A DNA stretch of 28,683 nt from Pachysolen tannophilus NRRL Y-2460. Its lineage: Eukaryota. The notes under the pieces were generated by a model. It saw only the letters and a program-made list of their open reading frames with translations, did no database searches and had not been told where the DNA came from. Of this stretch, positions 1 through 10,517 are shown one piece after another. How positions within the stretch are numbered: the first letter of the stretch is position 1; each line of letters opens with the position of its first letter. A program made the translations under genes and the position numbers. The stretch spans positions 186,001 through 214,683 of the forward strand of contig KV454012.1 in the NCBI GenBank assembly GCA_001661245.1, given 5' to 3'.

Positions 1-1
1 A

Positions 2-787
2 GTTATAATTTCCATTTGTAAAAATAGCGAACCAAAGTTTGTTAGAGATGAAAAAGATGACCATAACGATGATAATCAGGAATATAATCACCGGTCCTTG
101 GTAAATAAAAATGGTAATAATGAAGGATTTGATTTCATAGAAGAAGATAATTCTCCAAATTATATCATACAAGATAATAATGATTCAGATTCAGATCTCT
201 TGGAATATGATAGTGGTTATGAAAGTGACTATAATAATATTGAACAACAATTGCCAGTCATGACACCTGGTGAAAGTAACCCTCCAAGTATAAATATTCA
301 CTCTCTGGCATCTCGTCAAAGACATTTAGATGTCATTGGCAAACGGGAGACCACAAACCAACATACGAATCCTTTGGTGGAACTCATCAATTCTCCTGAT
401 GATTTATTGTCTTTATTTTCTTCCAATAATGATGATAGCCAATTACTTTCTGGGGAGAATTTTAGAATTTTGAAAGCGCACTTAACCAAAAATGAGTTCA
501 AACCTTTAACAAGATCCATGTTCAACAATAATGATTTTGAACAAACTAACAAGCTAATCGACTTGATTGGTCAGCATAGAAAAGTGAATTCAGAAACATC
601 TAGTGATGATGAACTGTTTTGTAAATGTGTTATTTGTCAGGTTAATCCAAGGCAGATAATACTTTGGCCTTGCAAATGTTTTGCAATCTGCGAGAGTTGC
701 AGAATGTCTTTGGTAGTTAGGGATTTTAATGACTGTGTTTGTTGTAGGGGTAAAGTAGAAGGTTACAGTAAAATTTACATTCCATAA
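2..787 (+). CDS. ASI3: Asi1/Asi3-family inner-nuclear-membrane RING E3 ubiquitin ligase, 5'-partial (C-terminal part)
   Basis: Frame is open from base 2 to TAA at 785-787, so the TTG at 98 is not the real start. The C-terminal RING CVICQVNPRQIILWPCKCFAICESCRMSL...CVCCRGKVEGYSKI matches the Asi1/Asi3 RING pattern. Confidence 0.8.
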   Translation, partial: VIISICKNSEPKFVRDEKDDHNDDNQEYNHRSLVNKNGNNEGFDFIEEDNSPNYIIQDNNDSDSDLLEYDSGYESDYNNIEQQLPVMTPGESNPPSINIHSLASRQRHLDVIGKRETTNQHTNPLVELINSPDDLLSLFSSNNDDSQLLSGENFRILKAHLTKNEFKPLTRSMFNNNDFEQTNKLIDLIGQHRKVNSETSSDDELFCKCVICQVNPRQIILWPCKCFAICESCRMSLVVRDFNDCVCCRGKVEGYSKIYIP

Positions 788-1099
788 ACTTTTCGAATGT
801 ATTGATGTGGTATTGCATAAGTAAAGCTTATTTTTTGGGTTGAAATTTTTTTTTTTTTTTTCGTTTGAAAGGTATTTATGAGGTATAGTTCAGATGAAGT
901 ATTTTGATATATATATGTTTTATTGTTATTAACGAATAACATGGGTTATCTGCATGATTTATACTTAACCTTAGCCGATCACCAACCTCTAAAGACTCTA
1001 TTTAGAACCCTATTTAATTACGCATATTTATTAAAAATAAACGTTGCATATATAAAAGCCATAAAAACCAAATTGTTTTTTTTTTTTTTTTTTTTTTAA

Positions 1100-2845
1100 T
1101 CATTTCCGAGATAATCCTGAATGTAATTGATGTTCCTCGATATTAGTGCAGCATATATATCCCAAGATGATCACAACTAAACCAAACCAAAAACTAGCAT
1201 GGCAACCAGCACCATAACTGTCTCTAATCAGTTGCACAGACCATTCAGGAGCGATTTTCATATACTCAGCACTTTCCATAGCCTTCAGAACAATTTTAGC
1301 AATATCAACATCTGGAGATGGAACAACTTTTGATATATTAGAGAACAAAGCATTTTCTAAACGGTGCTGGAAAATTGCTGAGCTTATAGATAGTCCTAAT
1401 GTAGATCCTACTGCTCTAAATGCATATTGAATCGAAGTTGTTGAAGCCTGGTAATGTACTGGAACTGATGCTATTAAAGCTGAAAGACTTACCGTTAAAA
1501 CTGTTGCATATCCAAAAGTTGGTAAAGAAAGGAGAAAAAATTGGTAGAAAGTATCAATTTTTGGTGTAATAAAGCAAATAAGAAAAATTCCAATAACTGA
1601 AACAAATCCAGTTATTTTTGTAAAATTTAAATATTTTCCTGTTTTTTTCATATACATACCTGAAAGTACTGAAGCCAGAGATGCAACAAAAAAATTTGGA
1701 ATCATTCTTAAACCACTTTGTGTAGCATCAAGGCTTAATACCGTTGTAAAATATACTGGGACATAATATAATACACCAAAGATTGCCATAGTATAAAACC
1801 AATTTGAAAGAGCGCAAAATAAGACAGATTTATCTGCTAAGAGATGCACAGGGATTGTTGGTTCTTTTGAAATGTATAATTCAACATAACCAAATGATAA
1901 TAAGGTAGCACCGGAAAAAACACATAATGTTATGAATATAGAGCCATTATAAGGAATATCCTTACCTCCAAAAGCAGCTGCTGATATAATACCTGTTAAT
2001 GATAGAACTAATAAAGTTGAACCTAAAAAATCGATTTTTTTAACTTTACTAATCATATCATGTCCTTGAACACCGAGTCCTTGGGATCCTTCAGGTAGTT
2101 TTAAAAATAAAATGATTAAAGTTGCTCCAATTATAGCTAATGGAGCTTGAAATATAAAAACCCATCTCCAACCAAAATTATCAGCTACTAAACCACCAAT
2201 TAATCCACCAGAGGAAGCGCCAATGGCAAAGAAAATGTTTGCGAAACCTTGAAATAACCCTCTTTTACGAAGCGAGACTAAATCGCTCATTGTAATAGTT
2301 CCTAAAGTTGTCATACCACCTCCTCCTATTCCACTTATAAATCTACCTATAACCAATGGCCATAAAGAATTTGAAAATCCACATATTAAACATCCAACTG
2401 CAAATGAAAAATCGCATACTAAAAGCATTGTCTTCCTACCAAAGATATCTGATAATTTACCAAACAATGGTTGAAAAGCACTACAGGATAATAAATAACT
2501 TGTACCTATAAGCGACATTCTAGGTAATGCATCTATATCAGAGGCAATAACAGTCAATAACGTAGTTACAACCGTAGTATCTAATGCAGATAAATATGCA
2601 CACATCATAATTGAAGACATGATAAACCATAACCTTGGTGGGGGCACTGCATATTCATCATCCTCAAGCCCTTCACCATTTTCGCCATCCAAAGAACCAG
2701 TTTCAACAGCTCCATAATTAGGTTCTTGCGTCAACTCATTAGCTATAACTCCCGGAACCGCTGATGAAGCATCATTTATAATCGTCGGTGAAAAAGTCGG
2801 CTTCAAACCCAATAAAGATTCTGTTTCTTCATGATCCGAGTGCAT
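1100..2845 (-). CDS. MFS transporter, DHA2/VBA family (vacuolar basic amino-acid transporter-like), 581 aa
   Basis: Many hydrophobic segments; motifs LSALDTTVVTT, QPLFGKLSDIFGRK (MFS motif A), GRFISGIGGGG, GWRWVF. Acidic N-terminal tail with ETESLL dileucine-type vacuolar sorting signal. Confidence 0.85.
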   Translation of the reverse strand: MHSDHEETESLLGLKPTFSPTIINDASSAVPGVIANELTQEPNYGAVETGSLDGENGEGLEDDEYAVPPPRLWFIMSSIMMCAYLSALDTTVVTTLLTVIASDIDALPRMSLIGTSYLLSCSAFQPLFGKLSDIFGRKTMLLVCDFSFAVGCLICGFSNSLWPLVIGRFISGIGGGGMTTLGTITMSDLVSLRKRGLFQGFANIFFAIGASSGGLIGGLVADNFGWRWVFIFQAPLAIIGATLIILFLKLPEGSQGLGVQGHDMISKVKKIDFLGSTLLVLSLTGIISAAAFGGKDIPYNGSIFITLCVFSGATLLSFGYVELYISKEPTIPVHLLADKSVLFCALSNWFYTMAIFGVLYYVPVYFTTVLSLDATQSGLRMIPNFFVASLASVLSGMYMKKTGKYLNFTKITGFVSVIGIFLICFITPKIDTFYQFFLLSLPTFGYATVLTVSLSALIASVPVHYQASTTSIQYAFRAVGSTLGLSISSAIFQHRLENALFSNISKVVPSPDVDIAKIVLKAMESAEYMKIAPEWSVQLIRDSYGAGCHASFWFGLVVIILGYICCTNIEEHQLHSGLSRK

Positions 2846-3522
2846 ATTACTTTCAAGACCTCTAAGAAAACGATCGAAATGAATAATATTGAATAATTAA
2901 TAAAATAGATCTAATCTACTCAAACTGTGTTTAACACACTTTCTATATATATTTATGGCGCTTATCTGCTTTCATCTATTTCTGTTTCCGTCCAATATCC
3001 GGTCCCTTTCTCGGTTCGGTCCGGTTATTAAGTCGGTATGTTTTGATTAAACTAGTTTGCAACACTAAGAGAAACATAGAGATATATATATAAAATTAAT
3101 AGAAAAGAATATAAATACAATCTTGTAAATCTAATGAAATAATATTAAATAAAAGAGAGTGAGAAAGGAAAAAAAAAAAGATTGGAAAGGTATATATTTT
3201 GTATCAAGTACGGTAATACTTGATATAGACTATACAGTACAGTACTGTCGTGTATTCTTTCCCAGCCAAACGTTACCCTGTTTTGTCTCGTTTCGCATTC
3301 TTTTTTTCTTTTTTTTTGTTTTTTTTTTTGTTTTGTTTACTTTTTTTTCCTAAAACAGCGAATTTTAATTGTTTATACAAGTTTAAAAATTAGTGTTAAA
3401 ATCTATCTTTAATAAACCAATATTAACAATTTATATATAACTATAAATATTATTGGTAGAGACCCCAGTATATTTTTCTTATTATACCCTTGAAGAATAG
3501 AAGTTAATATTATTAGAAAACA

Positions 3523-5234
3523 ATGAGAGAGATTGTAAGTGATTGATATTTAAAATAGATTTGGTTTCTTTAATCTTTTTTTTTGTTTTGAAAACAATAA
3601 AAGAAGGATATATATATATATATATAATTTTTTTCATTGGCGTTTAAATTATGGTATACTAACTGAGCTTAAAATTATTTTGATTATAGATTCATTTATC
3701 AACTGGTCAATGTGGTAACCAAATAGTAAGTTGAAACTGAAGGCTGTTAAATGAAGGAAAGCGATGATAAATTATAATAAAAATAATAATCATAATAATT
3801 AAAAAATTTTTTTATTTGTTTTTGTTTTTATATTGATCAAGAGATAACCGCGCGTTTACTTTAACGCTGAATATTTATAATTATTAGCGCTTCCCAGAAT
3901 CCTTGTTGTTGGACTTTGTTACTAACATAACTCTTGTTTAGGGTGCTGCTTTTTGGCAAACAATTTGTGGTGAACATGGTTTAGATAATGAAGGAAATTA
4001 TCATGGTGATAATGAAAATCAAAGATCTAGATTAAACGTTTATTTTAACGAGGCTAATAGTGGTAAATACGTTCCAAGAGCTGTATTAGTTGATTTGGAA
4101 CCAGGAACTATCGATGCAGTAAGATCTTCCTCTCTTGGTAATTTATTTAGACCTGATAATTATATTTATGGCCAATCTTCTGCTGGTAATGTTTGGGCTA
4201 AAGGTCATTATACTGAAGGTGCAGAATTAGTAGATTCAGTCTTGGATGTTGTTAGAAGAGAAGCTGAAGGTTGTGATTCTTTACAAGGTTTCCAAATCAC
4301 TCATTCGTTAGGTGGTGGTACTGGTTCAGGTATGGGTACTTTATTAATTGCTAAAATTAGAGAAGAATTTCCAGATAGAATGATGGCAACATTCTCAGTT
4401 GTTCCATCTCCAAAAGTTTCTGATACAGTTGTTGAACCATATAATGCTACTTTATCTGTACATCAATTAGTTGAAAATGCAGATGAAACTTTCTGTATTG
4501 ATAATGAAGCTTTATATGATATTTGTATGAAAACTTTAAAATTACCTCAACCAAGTTATGATGAATTAAATCATTTAGTTTCTTCAGTAATGTCAGGTGT
4601 TACTACTTCATTACGTTATCCAGGTCAATTAAATTCTGATTTAAGAAAATTAGCAGTTAATTTGGTTCCATTTCCAAGATTACATTTTTTCATGGTAGGT
4701 TATGCTCCATTAACTTCATTAGGTTCTCAATCTTTTAGATCATTAACCGTTCCTGAATTAACACAACAAATGTTTGATGCTAAAAATATGATGGCTGCAT
4801 CTGATCCAAGACATGGTCGTTACTTAACAGTTGCTGCCTTCTTTAGAGGTAAAGTTTCTGTTAAAGAAGTTGAAGATGAAATGCATAAAGTTCAAACTAG
4901 AAATTCTGCTTATTTTGTTGAATGGATTCCAAATAATGTTCAAACTGCTGTTTGTTCAGTTCCACCAACAGATGTTGATATGTCAGCTACATTTATTGGT
5001 AATTCAACTTCTATTCAAGAATTATTTAGAAGAGTAGGTGATCAATTTAGTGCCATGTTTAGAAGAAAAGCTTTCTTACATTGGTATACTTCTGAAGGTA
5101 TGGATGAAATGGAATTTACAGAAGCAGAATCTAATATGAATGATTTGGTCAGTGAGTACCAACAATATCAAGATGCAGGTGATGACGATGAAGAATTAGA
5201 TTACGCAGATGAGGCTCCAATGGAAGAAATCTAA
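3523..5234 (+). CDS. TUB2: Beta-tubulin; join(3523..3534,3690..3725,3942..5234), 446 aa
   Basis: Exon 1 ATGAGAGAGATT = MREI; exon 2 = [12 protein letters not shown]; exon 3 starts [13 protein letters not shown] in frame with the 4095 ORF. GGGTGSG tubulin signature and acidic C-terminal tail present. Confidence 0.98.
3535..3689 (+). other. Spliceosomal intron 1 of TUB2 (155 nt, phase 0)
   Basis: GTAAGT donor at 3535, TACTAAC branch site at 3657-3663, TAG acceptor ending at 3689. Confidence 0.96.
3726..3941 (+). other. Spliceosomal intron 2 of TUB2 (216 nt, phase 0)
   Basis: GTAAGT donor at 3726, TACTAAC branch site at 3920-3926, TAG acceptor ending at 3941. Confidence 0.96.
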
Positions 5235-5614
5235 TTCTAATTTTTTTTTCAATAATTTTATTTTTTTATTTTTCTTTTAATTTTTTTCTTTTATTCTTTT
5301 TTCATCGTTTATCAAAAAAATTTTTTCCTCTGGTCGTTGTTGTTGTTGTTGTTGTTGCTGTTTTTAGTTACTTTTTTATTTTTATTTTTTTTTTATTTTT
5401 TATTATGATTATAATTATATTTTGCGTGTAATCCTCCCCCTTTATATATACTTTAGACATTATGGTACATTATAGTATGGTATGGTACAGTATGGTACGG
5501 ATCCAGAGAATGGAGGTAGATTTTACAAATTATATTCTACGCGTCAGTTCTGTTCTATGATATGGATGTAAGAAAGTTTTATTTTTGTCTGAGTTGTCGA
5601 AATGATCAAAATTG

Positions 5615-7576
5615 TCATCTGTTTAAAGAGTAATATTTGTAAATACCTCTTTCGCTAAACTCTACTGGGAATACATCTTCTTCTAAATTTTCTTCATCTC
5701 TGCCATCGTAATATGAGTTTTCGCGGGCTAGATCAAAAGGTCCTATTGAACAATTTATTTTTTTTGAAGCGTATTTTAAAAACTTTGGAGGTTTAACTAT
5801 TTTTGTAATTTTCTGACCTGTTTCTATATCATAAAAAACTAAATTATCGGTAAAATTATTGGACAAGCTTTGTGGATTTTTTAAATGTTGTAATCTTTCT
5901 TCTTTTGATGATTTATATAACCAACCTCTTCTACTTAATTGGTTATTATCATACAATTTCCATATTGAAGATGGTGTTTGTAGTGTCGATACAAGTCTTA
6001 ATTCATCAACTATTTTTGAGCCTAACTCTATAGCTTCTAAAGAGTTTGAAGCATCTAATAGTAATGGCTGGTCTATTGTCCAACGTGTAATGCTTTTAAT
6101 TCCTGATAAATCAATAAATTTCAAATTTTGTCGAAGGTTTTGCTGCTCACGCTCATGCTGCTGTTGATGTTGTTGTTGATGATGATGATGATGATGATTT
6201 TTAGTTTCTTTTAAAAAATGATATAAATCATCAACTGATATTTTTGCATTTGAAATTCCTAAACTTTCCAAATGAGGGAAATTTTCTTTCATTATTTGTA
6301 AATGTTTTGAATTTATTGGGAAACCTCCTAAATTTAAATATTTTAAATTTTTAGTATTTAAATGTTTCAATAAATAAGTTAATTGATCTTCATTTAAAGG
6401 AGAAACAACAGAATTATCCACTTGAAGATTTAACCATTTTAAATTTCCTGCTTGAATAATTTCATTATGTACAAAAAATTCTAAAAGTTCTCTTGTAGTT
6501 AATTTTGAACAACGAGAAAGTGATAAATGAGTTAATTTACAAGTTTTTGGAAGAAAATTATCTAAAATTTTACAAGTTATCATTGTATGACTTAAATCCA
6601 ATCTTTGTAAATTTATCAATTTTGGTAATAATTTAATGAAAACATCACTTGGTAAATTAGTACAATCATGGAATGAAATTTTTGTTATATTCGGTATTGA
6701 ATATCTTAATATATTTAAATCTTGAAACAGTTTAATAAATTTTAAATTTGTAGCACCACAAAAATCTAAAGATTTTAAAAAAATTAAATGATTAAATAAA
6801 TGATTTAAGATATTAACATCAATATCTGTTTCAATACTTTCACTTGCCAAAAATTCCAATAAATTTGGAGTCAATTTTAAACAATTTAAAATTGTTTTAT
6901 TTGTAACCATTTGAATTTCTTCATTCATTTTACCTGTTCTACCTAATCCAATTGATGTAAATTCCATAAAATCTAAAAATTTGACATTTAAACCTAATTG
7001 TTCATCAGAATTTAAATTTGTTAAAAATTTATCAAATGAATTTGGTCTTGTGAAAACTGCATAACGATACAAGAGTCTTTGTGATAAAATTTTAAAAATA
7101 TGTGATACAGGTACAATATTTTTAGCAAAATTATCCAAATTTGATGTTATTGATTTAATATCACTAATATTATTATAATAAACCTGTTCTATAATTTGAT
7201 TTAAAATTTCCACTGGGAAAACATACCTATTAGTTATTATTCCGGAATTAGAATTAGAATTAGAATCTAAACCCAGGTTTGAGTTGGAACCACCTCTACC
7301 AATCCCATTTGATTCATGCACAAATCCATCTCCACTTTTAGCGCCGTTACCATAATTCCCAAAAGAAGTAGTCAAAGTTGAAGTTGGACTAGAAGATATT
7401 AAACAATTATCATTATTATTAAGAGCGCTTTGTAAAAAAGATAAATTATTACTTATAGAAAGCCGCTGTTTAGTTGGAACAAATAAACACTGCTCTCGTC
7501 TTTCATTCCATTCATTTTGCTCATTCTGCTCGCTCTGCTCATTCAGCTCATGCCACTCTTGTTGTTGCTCTGTCAT
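5615..7576 (-). CDS. LUG1: F-box / leucine-rich-repeat protein, YLR352W (Lug1)-like, 653 aa
   Basis: F-box-like FPVEILNQII; conserved block LDFMEFTSIGLGRTGKMNEEIQMVT...TPNLLEFLASE; LRR units (LKSLDFCG, LQRLDLSHT, LTHLSLSRC); C-terminal ERGIYKYYSL; internal poly-H/Q tract. Confidence 0.75.
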   Translation of the reverse strand: MTEQQQEWHELNEQSEQNEQNEWNERREQCLFVPTKQRLSISNNLSFLQSALNNNDNCLISSSPTSTLTTSFGNYGNGAKSGDGFVHESNGIGRGGSNSNLGLDSNSNSNSGIITNRYVFPVEILNQIIEQVYYNNISDIKSITSNLDNFAKNIVPVSHIFKILSQRLLYRYAVFTRPNSFDKFLTNLNSDEQLGLNVKFLDFMEFTSIGLGRTGKMNEEIQMVTNKTILNCLKLTPNLLEFLASESIETDIDVNILNHLFNHLIFLKSLDFCGATNLKFIKLFQDLNILRYSIPNITKISFHDCTNLPSDVFIKLLPKLINLQRLDLSHTMITCKILDNFLPKTCKLTHLSLSRCSKLTTRELLEFFVHNEIIQAGNLKWLNLQVDNSVVSPLNEDQLTYLLKHLNTKNLKYLNLGGFPINSKHLQIMKENFPHLESLGISNAKISVDDLYHFLKETKNHHHHHHQQQHQQQHEREQQNLRQNLKFIDLSGIKSITRWTIDQPLLLDASNSLEAIELGSKIVDELRLVSTLQTPSSIWKLYDNNQLSRRGWLYKSSKEERLQHLKNPQSLSNNFTDNLVFYDIETGQKITKIVKPPKFLKYASKKINCSIGPFDLARENSYYDGRDEENLEEDVFPVEFSERGIYKYYSLNR

Positions 7577-8101
7577 TCAAGATCCAATATAAAATTATTA
7601 AAACCATAAATACCTTTTAAATAAAAAAGAATACAAGAGATTTTTCTATTCTATTATATATATATATATATATATATGGCAAAGAAGAAAAAGAAGAAAA
7701 AGAAGAAGAAAAAAAAAAATTCCTTTTTGAAGGGGCAAAACGGAAAAGGGGCAAGATGGGGCTTAACGATGGGGTTTAAAGATGGGAAGCGGGGGCATTT
7801 TCCCGTAAAACCCATAAATATTTTTTTAGTTGCGATGAAAAAGATAAAATGAAAATTATTGGTAGTGTTAAAATTACTTAAAAAACTTTAAACCGCCTCT
7901 TTGCAAAAAAAATTTTGTTAAAAAAAAATTAGGAACCGCCCTGTTATATCTTTTTTAGGAAACTACTTTTTTCTTAACTTCCCGATCTGGTTTTTGTTTT
8001 ACTGGTTTCCATATTAGTATTTTTAGCACGCGCTGCCACTACTATTTTAATTTTTTTTTTTTTTTTTTCGTTTTTCGTTTTTCGTTTTTCGTTTTTCTCT
8101 T

Positions 8102-8125
8102 TGAAACAAAAGAGAATGTGTTTCA
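8102..8125. promoter_or_regulatory. Inverted pair of pheromone response elements (Ste12/Cph1 sites)
   Basis: TGAAACA at 8102-8108 and TGTTTCA at 8119-8125 with a 10-bp spacer, about 280-300 bp upstream of the MAPK ATG. Confidence 0.7.
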
Positions 8126-8385
8126 GACTAATTTCTTCCCCTTTAAGTAGAAATAGTAATTCTTTTTCTTTTTCTTTTTTATTTTATTTTTTTTTTGGCG
8201 TTCTATGGATCAATCTTACCACTTTAAAGTACTAGAATCTAAGGGATAAAAAGCTACAATTATAAAATATAAAAAAATAAAAAAAATAAAAAATATATAA
8301 TTTATTTATTTTATTCTGTCATCTAAGATTTATAAGTTTGATTTGATTTCATTAGCATAGATTTTTTTTTTTAATTTTCATTTAA

Positions 8386-9483
<1,098 letters not shown>

Positions 9484-9507
9484 AAAAAAAAAAAAAAAAA
9501 AAAAAAA

Positions 9508-9911
9508 NNNNNNNNNNNNNNNNNNNNNNNNNNNNNNNNNNNNNNNNNNNNNNNNNNNNNNNNNNNNNNNNNNNNNNNNNNNNNNNNNNNNNNNNNNNNN
9601 NNNNNNNNNNNNNNNNNNNNNNNNNNNNNNNNNNNNNNNNNNNNNNNNNNNNNNNNNNNNNNNNNNNNNNNNNNNNNNNNNNNNNNNNNNNNNNNNNNNN
9701 NNNNNNNNNNNNNNNNNNNNNNNNNNNNNNNNNNNNNNNNNNNNNNNNNNNNNNNNNNNNNNNNNNNNNNNNNNNNNNNNNNNNNNNNNNNNNNNNNNNN
9801 NNNNNNNNNNNNNNNNNNNNNNNNNNNNNNNNNNNNNNNNNNNNNNNNNNNNNNNNNNNNNNNNNNNNNNNNNNNNNNNNNNNNNNNNNNNNNNNNNNNN
9901 NNNNNNNNNNN
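9508..9911. other. Assembly gap (404 N)
   Basis: Run of N with a poly-A tract directly before it and a poly-T tract shortly after. Confidence 1.
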
Positions 9912-10359
9912 TTAACCCATGAGTTTTTTTTTTTTTTTTTTGGTTAGTTGGCTTTTTTGCTCTCTTCTCCTCCTTCTTTTCTTTTATTTCATTTTATTTT
10001 ATTTTATTATTTTCACTTCTTACTCTTCTGATTGCCTTCTGCATTTTTTTTTTTTTACCTTTGATCTTTTAATTCATTTTTTCCTCAAACATTCACCGAG
10101 TATTTTACTTGTAGCCATCATTTTTGTATATACCATTTTTTTACTTTTGCTTTTTCTTTGTTTGCTAGACACTAGATAACATTAAACTCTCTTTGTTCTT
10201 TTTCACTGCTTTGTTTTTCGATTTTAAATGCATTAGGAATATAATACGTTAACTCAATTTAAAAAAAAGCTATTTGGAAAATATCAACTTTGTATTTTAT
10301 TATCGTTTCCTCTTTAGTAATGATCTATTTTCCCCGTGTTATGCGAAGAAAAAAAAAAC

Positions 10360-10366
10360 TGAGTCA
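10360..10366. promoter_or_regulatory. Gcn4 binding site upstream of AAT2
   Basis: Perfect TGAGTCA (TGACTCA on the minus strand) next to a poly-A tract, about 150 bp upstream of an amino-acid metabolism gene. Confidence 0.65.
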
Positions 10367-10517
10367 GAGAGCAAAAAAGGTGAAAAATGAAAAATTTTGA
10401 AAAATTCAAAAATTTTTTCTTTTTTTTGAAAAAAAAACCATTTATTAAAACTTACTCATCACTTGAATAATTCCCAATAATTTGGTTAAAGAGGAAGAGA
10501 GAAAGAGAAAGAGAAAG

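Noticed and set aside
10482..10517. TTG-initiated basic extension (VKEEERKRKRK, NLS-like) on Aat2
   Set aside because: Derives from a (GAGAAA)n repeat in the leader. Without ribosome profiling there is no support for near-cognate initiation.
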